Positions 42,461-56,401 of a stretch of DNA of 64,000 nucleotides are shown piece by piece; the first letter of the stretch is position 1; the number at the start of each line of letters is the position of its first letter. Made by a program: the position numbers and the translations under genes. The notes under the pieces are model-generated. The model worked only from the letters and a program-made list of their open reading frames with translations. It was not told the DNA's origin and made no database searches. Origin of the DNA: the human T2T-CHM13v2.0 reference genome, Homo sapiens; NCBI RefSeq assembly GCF_009914755.1, contig NC_060933.1; one strand, written 5' to 3'.

Positions 42461-43202
42461 TCTACCAATCCACTCTTCTCAGAGCGCTCATGTGATAGCT
42501 TCACAGGTGTCTCCCATTCCTGCTCAAGTGGATTCAGATTCCCCCAATGGAGGGTTTTATAAGTATATATTAGATATTTCTATACTTTTAGTATTCCCTG
42601 GTGATTTAGAATCCAGAAAGGAAACATAAATGTATCTGATTAGAAGCAGTGGGTGACTGTGACTATTCTAACACGTGGTCTTATTCACTTCAGCTTAGCT
42701 TCAAAGAGGGTATAACTGTGTCTACAGGGTGCAGGTTCTGGTGACAGATTCAGGTGCCTGAGTGTCAGCTCTAGCTCAGTCACTATCTAGCACTGATGCT
42801 TTGGGCATGTCACCTTACCTGTATCTGTGTCATTATCTGCCAAATGGGGGCAATGACCCACTTCCCAGGGCTACAGTGAAAATCAGATAATGTAATTAAG
42901 AAATACTCCGGCTATAACACTGAAGGTGACATTGATAAGACATACAAATATTTTACGCAAGGCACCTGATGGAGTATTTTTGGTGCTTAATTTCAAAACA
43001 GTGAGCTCCCACATTCCTTTCTGATTTGTGTTTGTCTCCACAGGTCCCATAAGAATTCCATAAGCATGAACTACTGAGGAAACAGTAGATGTATTCAGAT
43101 CTATGCAGAGGTCATAACACACTCCAACATGCAAACATATGTGTATGGAGGCAGGTCACCATTTAATATCCGTGTTGTGAAAGAATAACTAGAAAATCAA
43201 AC

Positions 43203-43583
43203 TGTTGTAGTCTGTTTGGGCTGCTCTAGCAAAATATCTTAGAATGGGTAACTTGTTCATTCTTGTGGAATATATTGTTCACAGTTGTGGAAGTCCAAGA
43301 GTAAGGTGCTAGCAGATTTGATGTCTGGCAAGGGACTGTTTCTTGCTTCAAAGATGGTGCCTTGTTGCTGGTCCTCATATGGAGAAAGACAGAAAAGCAA
43401 AAAGGATGAACTCATTCCCTCTAGCCCTTTTGTAAGGACACAAATCCCATCCATGAGGGTTGAGCCTTTATGGCCTGCCCAAAGGCCCCACCTTCCAACG
43501 GCCCCATGTCTTAATACCATCCCCTTGAGGTTTAAGTTCTAAATTATGAATTCTGGAGGGACACATACATGAAAACCATAGCA
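43203..43583 (-). mobile_element. MSTD/MLT1A0-like solo LTR
   Basis: AGTCTGTTTGGGCTGCT...AAACCATAGCA; TSD CAAAC/CAAAT. Confidence 0.8.
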
Positions 43584-44450
43584 CAAATGAATGATGTTAC
43601 CAGGTAATGATTTATTGTCAGAACTTACAATTTAATTATGAGGAATAATAGCATGAAAAGTATTTACCGTTACTTGTAAAATTCAAGGCTTGTTACAAAG
43701 CAAACAATTTAATAATAGTCATAATCGAAGTAAAAGTCTTTAGAGGACTACCTCCCAAAATGTGTTCAGCAGAATACTAGTGCAATATTGCAGGCAAATA
43801 ATTTTGGAACATTTATACTATGGTCATTTCATAAAAATGTAGCACATTAAGACTTTGATTAATCCTTAAAGAAATAATTTCATTTAACTATGTTTAAATC
43901 AAGATTATTTGTCTCTAGAGTATTTCTTATTTTACTCCATCTGCCCCCTTTTTATGAATTATATATATCTAACATTCCATTGAATAAATTTTGGGAAATG
44001 CTGATTTGACAATGGAAGAATAAACAGAAATAATCCATACTTTGGCTTACTGCTGTTATGTAACTATGGACATAGTAGAATTCCATTATAAGCTAGTACT
44101 TTGTGGGAAACAAAACTACTTTATCAACTTTTGATGTTGCAGAAGTGGAGATACTCTATACAAAAATATTCTTTGGGTACATACGACATTCGGTCTCTTT
44201 AATGAATATGTAAAGAGCCACAATAAATAGAAAAATGGTGAAAAACTGATGAATTAACAATTAAGGAGTGCAAACACGAATATCATTTAAACATGTCTCA
44301 TAATAAATAGAAATTAAGAGTAGCAGGTACGCTTTTCACTTATCAGATTGTTAAAAAATACTATAATAATCTATTGGAAATAGTGTGGAGAAAATGATAC
44401 TTACATCCATTGTTGAGGGAAATATAAATTAGCATGATGTCTATAGAGGG

Positions 44451-45020
44451 TGCAATGGACTGAATGTTTGTGTACCCTCAAAATTTATATGTTAAAATCC
44501 TACTCCCAATGTGGTAATTTTCGGAGGTGAGGCCTTTGGGAAGCAATTTGCTTATGAGCGTGGAGCATTCATGAATGGGATCACTGCTCTTATGAAAAAA
44601 TGTGAGAGGCCAGGCATGGTGGCTCACACCTGTAATCCAAACACTTTGGGAGGCTGATACGAGAGGATCACTTGAGGCTAGGAGTTTGAGTCCAGCCTGG
44701 GAAGCATAGTGAGACCCCTGTCTCTACAAAAAATAAAAAAAAATTAGCTGCATATGGTGATGTGAGCCTGTAGTCCCAGCTACTCTGGAGGCCTAGGCCA
44801 GAGGATCACTAGAGCCCAGGAGTTCAAGGCTGCAGTAAGCTATGATTGTGCCAATGCATTCTCACCTGAAGGAAAGAATGAGACTCTGTCTCAAAAAAAA
44901 AAAAAAAAGAAGACATAAGAGACCTGCTTTTCTCTCTCTCTCCTCCATGTGAGGATGCAATGAGAATGAGAAGTTGGCAGTCTGCAACTTAGGAGAGGGC
45001 TCTCAGTAGAACCACACCAA
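44451..45020 (+). mobile_element. MLT1A-like LTR split by AluJ
   Basis: TGCAATGGACTGAATGTTTGTGTACCCTCAAAATT start; resumes CCATGTGAGGATGCAATGAGAA after the Alu. Confidence 0.75.
44608..44908 (+). mobile_element. AluJ
   Basis: J diagnostics GAGGATCACTTGAGG and GAGTTCAAGGCTGCAGTAAGCTATGAT; poly(A). Confidence 0.92.
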
Positions 45021-47736
45021 ATTCTATGTGTCCTTCAGGCACATATAACTTATTAACATAACTATCACTCTTAGATTGAATTGGATGTTAGATGTTAGTA
45101 ATGGATCATTTGGGAGGTTTGAAAATAATGATAAACCATCTTCAATTTAATGTGGGGTTGAGATTTTTCAACAGAGGAACTGCCGAAATAACCAGGCAGA
45201 AAATCGAAGCCATTGAAGGCTCTCTTTTCTAGAGCTTAAAAGGATAAAGGGACCTTTCTCAACTGTGACTTTATCCCTCCTTCCCAGATGTTCAGTGGAA
45301 GTAAACAACAGTACTGGGTTTTTAAGACGTACTATGAACTGGGAAATGGCAGTCACTGCCCTTATTTCATTAGGGAGAAGATTACATCATTAGCCCTGGA
45401 CACCTGAGGGGGAATATTCTCCCTTTTGGTATAAAACTGTTCATTACAGAAGGGAATCTAATGTAAATTCCCAGTAGCCAAATTATATCACTTAAGACAG
45501 AAACCTTTCCTTTAGGTGGTCTCACTTTTGTTGCAAACTGAGACAAAAAATTCAATAAGAAACAAATGTCCAGTGGCTTTAGGGTTTGTAATCTTTCAAG
45601 ACTGGCAGGTCTGCTTGTGTTTGAAGATCAACCTAATGGGTATAAAGGTCACTGTGCTCAAATAGCTATAATTAAGAGAAAGGAAACTGATCTTGTTAGA
45701 TCACAGGGAAATGGCTAGGCTCTGCAAGATTTCTTTTTTATTCTGTATAATTAAATCTTTCAAGGCAAAGGACAACAAGGTATATGTGGACATATGTGTG
45801 CAACAATATTTCTATCGATAACATTGATTTCATTTAGAGACAACCTAAGCCTTATTGGAAGTGAGTTCATTTAGTCTAGTTCAGGCAACTTCCAGCCATA
45901 TCTTAACTGAAATAACACAATATCGGTGGTTCAGCCTGTAAGCTCTTCCCTCCAGTGGATAGTCATATGTTTTTTGTTATTTGTAGTAATTGGCTGAAGC
46001 TTATACAGACAGAAAAAGAAAAAGAACAGAGGATGAGTTTATAATTTAACATTACAAACTCATTACTAGATGAAAGCAAATACTAATGTAACTCATTTAT
46101 AAAGCCAATGATATGACTCAATGAGTAATGAATGAAACAGTTGGATACTCTTTATTTGTCTTCCGTCTGAAAAATATAAAGTTTGGTAAAGGACAGATAA
46201 TGTGGTTCAGTGGAAACACTGTTGGATTTTGTGCCTGTGAGAATGGATTATTATCCCTATTCTGCCATTTGGTAGCTGAATGACCCTGGGCAATAATTGG
46301 ATTTTGTTGGCTTCTGTTTGTTCATGACCTAAGAGAGTTGGACTACATGATCCCTAAAATTTGTTCCAGCTATAAAATTCGACGATTCTAATTAAAATTA
46401 GCCAGTGAAGTTTGCTTGCCAGCAAATCACAGCAAAAAGATGGACATGCCGTTAGAGACTCTTGCTTGAAAGTTGCCGCCTAAGAGAAGTTGTGCAGTAG
46501 CTAGTAGCATATTAATCATTTTATTCTATGAATAAAATTTAGGGTTCTTAACACTAAGAACTGAAAGTTTAGCAAACTGGTATATATAATATTTATAGTT
46601 TAAAGTGACAGGAAACTGTCACCAATATGTCTATGTGAAATTATTTCTGTTAGACCAGGTCCCCTAGTGAAAATAACTCATTTGTTCTTTCAGTCTACAT
46701 CATTTCCCTCTTAGGCACTACCTCAGAGCCTCCCAGGCTCACCTGTTTCAGAGCTTGTCTTAGGATTCTTGCCAGATAATTTATGGAGGGAGTACTTTGG
46801 GGGTAAAACCTGCAACAGTGTGAAGGAGGCAAGGCAAGTGAAATAGGAAAAGTAGATCTGCTTCTTGAAGAACCTAGGGTAACACATACCCTAATCAAAT
46901 TTTAAAACTATAACTCAAGCATTTTTATGCATTAAAGCATAGCTTTCTCTAGCTCCTCAGTTACCCATTCCAAGAAGAAGACAAAACATTTTGATTTCAC
47001 ACCGTACCCCAGAGCGCTTTGTAGTAGCTACTAGAGTTAGACACAGGTCTTAAAGAAAGAAGCCTCATGCTTTTTCTGTTGCTAATTAAACTCTGCTAAG
47101 AAATGTGAGCTCCCTCTGAATCAATCCAAGACCCCACTCTGTAAATATAAATGAATATATAATTACCAGGTGCTTTTCATTAAGCTAAGAATGATTTAAG
47201 GTTTAAAGTCAAAGCCTTTACCTAATAATTCACACAAAACGAGCTTTTTGTGGGGCAGTGTCCACACCAGAAATTCAACTTGCTCATCTGGAAAATAAAG
47301 GGTGTAAAAATCTGAAATAGGGGAAATGCAACTCAACCATTGAAATATCATTCCAAGTTGCAGGGCTGTGAGGAGAAAGCCTGCTATCTCTCAGGAAGCT
47401 CCAGAGGATACCGTTCTTTGTAACAGCATCTTGGCACTGTCTGGAGGCCTGTTCCACAGTCTTACTGGTCCAGACACATACATTGTCAGCACCCTAAAAG
47501 TAAGTACATTTCTTAGGAGCAGTTACATTGATGAGCTCCCATGGCCAATATAAAAGAGCAGAATATTCATCGATTCCTATGCATTGAAAGCCACAGATGG
47601 ATGACAAGGCTGGAGGCCTCAGGCCCGAACCACCCTCTCCCTGTAACATTTAGGAAGCCGTATGACAATCACAGAGTTGCTTTGTGAGCAAGAAGTAAAG
47701 CAAGAGAGCGAATGAAAAGAAACCCTAGCTGACTCT

Positions 47737-48382
47737 GTTGATACCATGTGGCATGTCCCCAGGCCTCACTTCTGAATTCTTTGCCCCTATGGTGGGCAGT
47801 TTCAGGTACCCCGTGGAATGCTTCCCACTTTAAATGCCTGCTCCTCTCTGTTTCCTTGCTGGAGTGCGTCCTTCCCTAGCAGTATGAGCTTGCTTAGCTA
47901 CAAGTCAGAACAATTCTGAAGAGCCAAAGAGTTGTTACTGCTGGCCTTGTGATGGGAGTCCATGGAAAAATGCCCCAGTCTCTCTGTCCTGCTGAAGCTC
48001 AATTCTAAGATACATTTTATATGGTTTCTCAGAAGGTGCCCAGGCAAGTCGGGACCTCAGTTGTCCACACCGATTACCTATTTATTATTGTACCCTTCAT
48101 TGGCTTTTCTCCCTGCTAGGGCTGCCAGGTAGCTCAGTCTGAATTTCAGATAAACAGTGGAAAATTTCTTTAGTATAAGTATTTCTCATGCAAGGTTTGG
48201 GACATATTTATACTAAAAAGTTACTGGTTTTTTATCAGAATTTTAAATTTACTGGGTTTTCTATATTGTTATTTGCTGAATCTGACAACTGTGTTCTCAT
48301 TTCCAACTCCCTTACTTCCTGAGATCGCCTCTCAAATAAACTAGTCTCAGGTCCTGTTTTTGGGTGAATTCAAACTAAGACA
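47737..48382 (+). mobile_element. LTR16-like ERVL LTR, interrupted by MER53
   Basis: 3' end CCTCTCAAATAAACTAGTCTCAGGTCCTGTTTTTGGGTGAATTCAAACTAAGACA. Confidence 0.65.
48117..48290. mobile_element. MER53 palindromic hAT element
   Basis: TGAATTTCAGATAAACA...TTTAGTATAAGTAT...TTTGGGACATATTTATACTAAAAA...TCTGACAAC. Confidence 0.8.
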
Positions 48383-48499
48383 GAATCCAATTTTTTTTCA
48401 CATCTCTGAATCAAAGACTGATAACTCCTCATGCAATATCATTCTCCCCTTTCCACCAATCAACTCCTAATTTCATTCTGGATGTCTTTGCTACCAGCT

Positions 48500-48892
48500 A
48501 AAGCCCACATTTTCAATCTTACCTCAGTTAATGACATGTAAACAGAAGTCTTCAGGTAACACTTCAAAGAAGCCAGCTGACTTAGGGAGCTCCTTAGGGA
48601 GATATGACCTTTGCCTTTCCTCTTACTGCCTATGTAGAATGTAAATATAATAGCTGGAGGTCCAGCAGCCATCTTAGGCATAAGACTAATTTTAGGATTG
48701 AAAGCATGCAGTAAGAAGGCTTAATGAAAATACAGGAAACTAAATTCCTGATGATTGTAGAGTTAATAAAATAGCCCAGAACTGCCTACCTCTGAATTTT
48801 CTCTACATATGAAGAAAAAGAACTTCCAATTTCTTTGGATTTCTGAACTTGAGTTTCTGTTTCTAATAGTTGCATGTAGTTTCTAACTGATA
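48500..48892 (+). mobile_element. Old MLT1 (J/I-like) LTR
   Basis: AGCTGGAGGTCCAGCAGCCATCTT...ACTGCCTACCTCTG...CTAACTGATA. Confidence 0.65.
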
Positions 48893-49438
48893 AAGTCACT
48901 GTGGGAACCAGGAATCTTTTCTTTTTTTTTTTTCCAACAGGGTCAGACTTCTTCATTTAGATGTCATCTTTTCCAGAAGGTCTTTTCTGATTGGCCTATC
49001 TAAAATGACACTAAGCATCATTTACTTCATTTCTCTCCATCCTTTGTTCATATACCTATTTCATAATGTCTACTTTGAACATTTGTTGTAGGGCTAAGTA
49101 AAGTAACATTTATAATTGCCTGGCACAAAGTAAGCAAATTATAAATGGTATTCACTGTTATGCCCAACTTCAAATGAGAAACAAAAGATCAGGGAGTAAA
49201 CATCAGGTTACTTTAAGTTCGTGGTCACCAGAAAATGACAGTGTTTGCTGCAACGATTCTTTACAGAGGTCAGTGAAAGTATTTGCTGCCTTAGAGTCTT
49301 AATCAACAATGGTAGATTTTTCTGCAATGGATTATTTGCACATGAACTTGAAAAGAAGTTGAAACTGTACTGAAATTTAGAAATAAAGGAGCATTATGTA
49401 TGTAACTTTCAAACCATTCAGTAAAAAATTATAGATTG

Positions 49439-49736
49439 GGCCAGGTGCAGTGGCTCTCGCCCATAATCCCAGTACTTTGGGGGGCCGAGGCAGGTGGATC
49501 ACGAGGTCGGGAGTTTGAGACCAGTCTGGCCAACATAGTGAAACCCCATCTCTACTAAAAATACAAAAAATTAGCTGGGTGTGGTGATGTGCACCCATAA
49601 TCCCAGGTACTCGGAGAGCTGAGGCAGGAGAATCATGTGAACTGGGAGGTGGAGGTTGCAGTGAGCCGAGATCGTACTGCTGCACTCTAGCCTGGGCGAC
49701 AGAGCAAGACTCTGTTTCCAAAAAAAATAAAAAATA
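49439..49736 (+). mobile_element. AluS (Sg-like)
   Basis: Full Alu; TSD AAAAAT(T/C)ATAGATTG 49424-49438 / 49737-49751. Confidence 0.95.
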
Positions 49737-52023
49737 AAAAATCATAGATTGGTAGATTAGATAGGTAGATAGATTGACTGATTAATTGATTGAAGCAATG
49801 GTAAAACAGTGGGGACAAAATGTTAACTGTACGAGAATCTGGGTAAAGGATAATGAATGTTCCTTGTATTTGTCTTGTAATTTTTATTTAAGTTTGAAAT
49901 TGTTTCCAAATGTGAAGTTAAAGTAGTGAGGGGTCTTCTAATAATTTGGGAACCACTGATCTAGTTTAGTCCCTAATTTATAGATGAGGAAACTGAAGCC
50001 CAAAAGACCTGCTCAAGTACTAATAGCCACGTTTGACTGGGTCTCAAAATACTCAACATTTGCACAAATACACCTTGCAACTCAAAACATAAAAATACTT
50101 TTAAGTTTATATAATACATGCACCATCACATCCACAATGCTGTTCCCCTATATTTATGCAAATAATATAGATTTAATTCTATACTTTTAAAATATCGCAT
50201 TTATTTTGTTCACAAACTTCTGACCGGCTCTGAGCTTCCTTATATTTTTCACCTCAAGAGAAGCTTCCTTACTTCTGTTGTGCTCCAGCTATTTATTTTG
50301 GTTAAATTAGAACTGTAAAATAACCTTGCCTAAGGATATGTTTATGTTCCATGGGACTGGGCGGTGGATTCTCTACCTCTTGCAGCTGTTTGAAGGGGTA
50401 AGTGGGGTGGGGTGGGAGTGAGGAGGGTGGGAGCTAACCTTCCACTCTTTCTTCAGGCTTTCCATCTATGTTAAACAGATTTTCTTGCTTCTTTTTTGTC
50501 TCTGTTTTTCTGGTGTTTTTAAAAATAGCTTTGAAGGAATGGAAAATTTCTGTGATAGCTGATAGCAAATACAGAAAGGCTCATTTGCATATAGATATTT
50601 CAGCCTGCAACTGCATAATCCCCTGAGAGAGGCCTTGTTTAAATGGGCAGGCAGGCTGGCACGGGGCTGCCCAGTTCCTAATGAAAACTAAATCGAAACT
50701 CGGGAAACATTTGCCTTGGAGGTGGCCAGGCTTTTTAGAGTATCAATTTAAATCTGAAAGATGCAGGCAGGCCTGTGCCAAGTTGCCCCTCAGTCTTTAA
50801 AAACCTTAAGACAGAAGGTAGAGGAAAAGGGTGAGAAAACAATAAATAATTGGGTAAAACTTGAGCTAACCAATGTGCCTGTTTTACTTAGAAATTGTGC
50901 CTGAAGAATTCAAAACACTGAGCAGGTGGGACAGTGAGGAAGAGCAGGGAAGAGAATGTGGAGGCTTCATCTATTCAGGAAAGGCCTTGGAAACAGAAAG
51001 GCTCTTTTTCAGGTATCTTGGTGAGCCAACCCTTCTGAGACAACTGGTAATCCATTTATAGGCTAAAGACTTTTCAGATTGAATGTTCCCCTGAACTTGA
51101 CTGAGGGCTAAGCAGATAAGGACAACTCTGAAAACAAGATAATGTGGAAAGAAAAGAGATTACAAAAAGGTCAAAAGATTAGCTGGGGGATAAGAAGAAG
51201 TCAGAGGAAAATAAGGGAAAAGGTTAGAAACTGATACCAAGCAAGGCAGATAAATCAAGTTAGGAAGTGAAAGAAGTGAACACAGCAGGAAAATAAGAAA
51301 TGGGATCAGGGGAATTGGCCACAGGATAAGAGGAATACAAGGACAATTAAAAATAAAAATGCAAGAAAACAAAAGAATTGACAATGTGGATGAAGGAAAT
51401 ATAATAAAAATACCAAACTGAATATCTCTAAGGCTTCTATGTCTGAATCTAATGAGAATTAGTATGTCAAAATTTACTTTTCTCCCAGAAGAAGTAGTAT
51501 GCCTTTGCTGTTATTATCAAAAGCATTGTTTTCCTTTGATGAAACTCTATTTTATAATCTTTTTGATTCGACATCTGGAATTGAGTATAATATCCTCACT
51601 CATTAGCTAAAGCATCACAGGATTTGATCAAGTTTTTGATAAATGAAAATATTAAAGGAGTCGTTAATGTAAGTGTGAGAAAGATAATACTGTTTCCCCA
51701 ACACACACACATGCTCACAAACACACGCATGCATACCTGTGCATATCCACACACATGCAAGCTCACTAGATACAAATGAATATTTACTGAATGCCCGTTA
51801 TGTTGTAGGTTGATGCTGAAGTGGTGAACTTGACTGACAGTCTTTGTGCTCACACTGTTTACAGTCTAGTGTGACAATAAATAAATAATTAAATATAATC
51901 TTTATAGGAAAAGAAAAAAATAGAATTGAGAGACAATGACATTTGCTATTTATAGCGTCCCATTCAGAGAAAATAGAACCTGAAACATGGAAGAATTTTT
52001 GTTTACTTACCTTAAAGAGAGTA

Positions 52024-52383
52024 CAATCATGCACTTCCTAATGATGTTTCAGTCAAAGATGGACCACACATCTTATGGTGGTCCATAAGATTATAATGCT
52101 TTATTTTTACTGTACCTTTTCCATATTTGTATCTACTTAGATACAAAAATAATTAACATCGTGTAAACGTTTAAGACAAATGCAATTGCCTATGGTATTC
52201 AATACAGTAACATGCTATACAGGTTTGTAGTTTAGGATAAGTAGGCTATGCCCCATAGCCTACGGGTGTAGTACGTTATACCACTTAGGTTTGTGTAAGT
52301 ATGCTATGGTGTTTTCACAATGACAGAGCCACCTCATGTTGCATTTCTCAGAACATACTGCATGATTAAGTAACACATGACTG
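52024..52383 (+). mobile_element. Tigger3a/MER7A (TcMar-Tigger)
   Basis: TA|CAATCATG...CATGACTG inverted termini; GGTGGTCCATAAGATTATAAT and GGTTTGTGTAAGTA internal matches. Confidence 0.85.
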
Positions 52384-52999
52384 CATAAAGCAATGTGGAT
52401 GCCAGATTACAGAGGCTAAACTATTTTGTATATAAAATGGGTAAAGAAAGCAGTTCTTAGGGAAGATGCTGAAATAGAGAGAGTGGAGATGGAAGGGCTT
52501 TGTTGGAAAGTCTATAAGATTGAAGACAAAAGGGATCTGGGAGGACTGAAAAGAAAACCCATGCTATGTAATATAAATCCTTTTTCTTGCCCCACTGCTG
52601 AATCTCCAGAAAAATCCTTTTTTTTTTTTTTAAATCAGGGTCCAATGAGGTAGATTTTCCTTTGGGAATGAAGAGAATTGCTGAATTCTGCCCAAGGTTG
52701 ACTAGGGAGAATCACACCCACCCATAAGGTAGCATCTGTTATGCAAAAAGTAAAAGAAAAGTGTGGAGAATATGACAAGTTCAGCACTTGCTTATTCAGT
52801 ACTTACTCTGTCTCAGGCCTCCTGGGAAGGTCTGGGGTAAAAATGGTAACTAAGCCAGTCCCTATGCTCAATAAGCACATGATCTATGGGACTTAAACAG
52901 AAAAAATATTTGATCTGTTTTTCAATCCATCATTCATGGATCCAAGACTTCTAAAAATAAAGTAAAACAAACAAGCTAACTACATTTAAACAAGTATAG

Positions 53000-53260
53000 A
53001 ATCTAAGTATCTATAGTAAAATGCATTGTGTGCTAATTATTTGTCAGATGTTATGCTGAGCTCTTTATATGAAATCTCTAATTTAAGCCTCATTACCAAT
53101 TCTTGATGTAGTTTTTAAAATTATCTTCTTTGTATAGATGAAGAAACTGGAATGTACATCTATTAAGTAATTTTCCAAAATCATGATTAATAAATGACAA
53201 ATCTGAGACTGAACCTACATCTGTTTGATACCAAAGCCCATGGGCTTAAAAACCTTATGG
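53000..53260 (-). mobile_element. MIR
   Basis: GTATAGATGAAGAAACTGG...CTGTTTGATACCAAAGCCCATG. Confidence 0.65.
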
Positions 53261-53307
53261 CCATTTTTTGAAATTTAAGAGAGAGTACCTTAAAAATTAA
53301 AATTACT

Positions 53308-53689
53308 TGTCTTAGTCAGTTTTGTGCTGCTTATAACAGAATTCCAGAGACTAGGTAATGTATAATGAACAGAAATTTATTTGGCTTGTGGTTCTTGAGG
53401 CTGGGAAGTCCAAGGTCAAGGGGCTCACATCTGTCAAGGGCCTTCTCACTGTGTCATACATGCCAGGAGGAAGAAAGGGAAGAGAGCATGTATGCAAAAG
53501 AGAGAGGAGGGAAGGGAGCCAAATTTATCCTTTTTATCAGAAACCCACTTCCATGATAATAACATCAATCCATTCATGAGGACAGAGCCTTCATGACCTA
53601 AACACTTCTGAAAGTTCCCACCTCTTAACACTGCTAAATTGGGGATTAATTTTCCAACAAATGAACTTTGGTACATTCAAACCATGACA
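53308..53689 (-). mobile_element. MST (MSTB/C-like) solo LTR
   Basis: TGTCTTAGTC...CAAACCATGACA; TSD TTACT/CTACT. Confidence 0.85.
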
Positions 53690-54974
53690 CTACTTTAACT
53701 ACTTTATTATTATTCACCAAAGGAGAAGTACTAAATTTTATACTGAAAGACAACTCCAATTGAAGTTCATAAGGGTAATGTCTATAATATGCCCATGAAA
53801 TAATTTTTAAGGTGCATTTAATTATGAAACTGTTTGGCTGTTCATTGTGATATTACCAAGAAAGTCAAGTGGATTTTTCACTTAGGTGTTTTGGTGTAGT
53901 TGACGTAGAAAATCATTGCTATTAACAAGGCAAATTCAATCCTGAACATCAAAGATTATGTATTTGTATGGCACATAACTTCAGCATATTATCAAATTTG
54001 GCTCTTTTGTTTGTAAAAATATCATTTGAATGTGACAAAATAGTCACATATTGCTTGTGCTTAAAAGAAAGAAGTAAGGAAGAAAGGAAAGAAGGAAGAG
54101 AGGGAAGGAGGAAAAAATGAAGGACAGAAGAAAAGTAAATGGACTTCTTTGGATTTTGGATTGGGCCTTCTTACCTTTTGTTTTACTAGTTTACTTGGTG
54201 TACTTTTTTCCTTGTCACGAATTCCAAGAGGCTCCAACACCAAGACAGATTTCTCCTCCGGTATGGCAAAAATTACAAAAAAATTGTTAAGTATTTATTA
54301 TTAAACCAGGCAATTAAAGGTAAGATGAAATGTATGCATTACATAATATTCTCCTATAAGGGAAAGAGGCTAGCAGAAGAGAAAAACTTTCTCTCAGGCA
54401 CTTGAATAACTATTGGACTAAAGTCACTCATTACTCTCCGGCACACTGCATTTTGGTTGACCTTGTGGAATGTCTGTTTGATGGTTTTCAAAATCACTTA
54501 TCCATGCAGTTTTGGCACTTCTGTGCTGTGTTACCAATCTCAATTTTGTATTAGATTTTACTTTAATCTCTTATGTAGGTCCTGAATTTCCCCTCTTCTT
54601 CCCCATCAAAATATATAACCAGGTAGCCTGCATTTGCCGATGACCACAAAAGAGTAATTTAGGGCTGTGAAAAACCCTAATATTTCAAAATATTTCTCCT
54701 AAATCATGCACATACTTTTAGTAAAGGTGCAGAAGCTAAATAGTGGTTACCTCTCTGAAGTCATGAAACCATTGAGAAAATCTTTAATGTAGTGATGGAA
54801 ATCCTTACGAAATGTTTGAGAAACACCTTAGTACACCTATGAAACATTTCATACCAGTAGATGAATTAAGTTTGAGTTTTGTTTCCATCTTCTTATCAAT
54901 GATTTTAAAAGGTGCCCATGACTTTTCAGAGATAAAATTCATTTTGTCTCTAAATTATCTATGCTTGTCAGTCA

Positions 54975-55230
54975 CACGTCCTTCTTTACATATTTAAGTG
55001 CTTGGTTACTGTTTGCCGGGTACTATATTGTGCTTTCTATACACTCATGGTCTCATATAATCCTCACAGGAAATCTATGAGCAAGGTATAATTAATATTT
55101 CCACTTTATAGATAGATACAGAGAGATTATGCAACTTTCCTGAGTCCCCACTGCTAGGAAGTGGCAGACCTAGGATATGAATACAGGTCTGTTTGACCTT
55201 AAAGCCTGAAGTTTTAATGGACACTGCCTG
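54975..55230 (-). mobile_element. MIR
   Basis: TAATCCTCACAG...CCACTTTATAGAT...GAAGTGGCAGACCTAGGATATGAATACAGGTCTG. Confidence 0.7.
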
Positions 55231-55289
55231 CCTGGGGTTGCAGCCAGACACTAGTCATGGAGAACTGAAATCCTAACATCTCTTCTCCC

Positions 55290-55680
55290 CATCTTTTAAT
55301 CAAAAGGTTCTTATCTCTTCTTAGGGACCAGATCCTACCCCCAAGTCATGTGGTTCAAGTGGGACTAACCACACCCCTTAGTCCCCAGGGTAGGCACATG
55401 ATACAAGCTCGGCCAATCAGAACATTCTGTGTCCCTGGACATCATGGTTACATGGAGTACTGCTTGGGGCCACCATGTGGGCAGAGACTATCTGGGGTGA
55501 AGCAGAGATTCTGAGAGCTAAGAAATGGAAATACCCTTAGTTCTAGGGACAATATTTGAACCCCTACATCCAGTCATGACTTGGATCCTTGAACTTCCCA
55601 GGTATTCAAGAGCTAATATATTTCATGCTTACTTTTGTGTTTCTTAAGTCAGTTTGATTTGGGATTCACTCATAACTGAA
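55290..55680 (+). mobile_element. Old MLT1 (K/L-like) LTR fragment
   Basis: GGCACATGATACAAGCTCGGCCAATCAGA...CTTAAGTCAGTTTGATTTGGG. Confidence 0.55.
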
Positions 55681-56035
55681 AAAGGCCTGATGAAGAAAGC
55701 ACAGAAAACCCTCACATGGTCAGGAGATAATGCTGGTAAGAAACTTCCTGGAGCACTTTGAATCTTCCTTCAGTCTCTCGCACCTCCCCAGCTGTTGATC
55801 CTTTGCCACAGCTCTAGTGATGCCACTTCTTTCAGTTTGGTGTTAAGACAATTATGGCATTATCAAGTTAAATCCTGCCCTTTTTTCCTATTAAAGTCCT
55901 TGAATATATGCTATTTTCCTGCCTTTGACAGTCTTTGTTGTTGTTCCCATTACTGACACATAAATCAGCAACACAGATGAGGTCCAGGTCAAGAAGGTTG
56001 TAATGAGCACACCTAGAAGTCTCCCAAGAGGTAGT

Positions 56036-56397
56036 TGTCTTAGTACTTTTGGGCTGCTATAACAAAGTACCATGAACTGTATAGTCTATAAACAAAAGAA
56101 ACTTTATTGCTCACAGTTCTGGAGGCTGATAAGTCCACAATCAAGCTGCTGGCAGATTTGGTGTCTGGTGAAGGCTTGCTCTCTTGCTCATGGCACCTTC
56201 TTGCTGCATGCTTACATGACAGACAAGGCCAGCTAGCTCTCTGGGGTTTCTTTTATAAGGGCATTAATGCCATTCATGTGGGCAGAGCCTTCATGACTTA
56301 ATCATCTCCCAATGGCCCCACCTTCTCATATTATACCATTAAGGATTAGATTGCAAAATATGAATTTGGGGAGACACAAACATTCATTCTTATAGCA
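56036..56397 (-). mobile_element. MLT1A0/MSTD-like solo LTR
   Basis: TGTCTTAG...TATAGCA; TSD GTAGT/GTGGT. Confidence 0.82.
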
Positions 56398-56401
56398 GTG
56401 G

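Noticed and set aside
43021-48940. Strong acceptor-like sites at 43043 and 48940
   Set aside because: No convincing paired donor with an open coding frame; isolated acceptors are common by chance
54060-54135. Purine-rich GAAA/GGAA tract
   Set aside because: Common low-complexity sequence with no further structure
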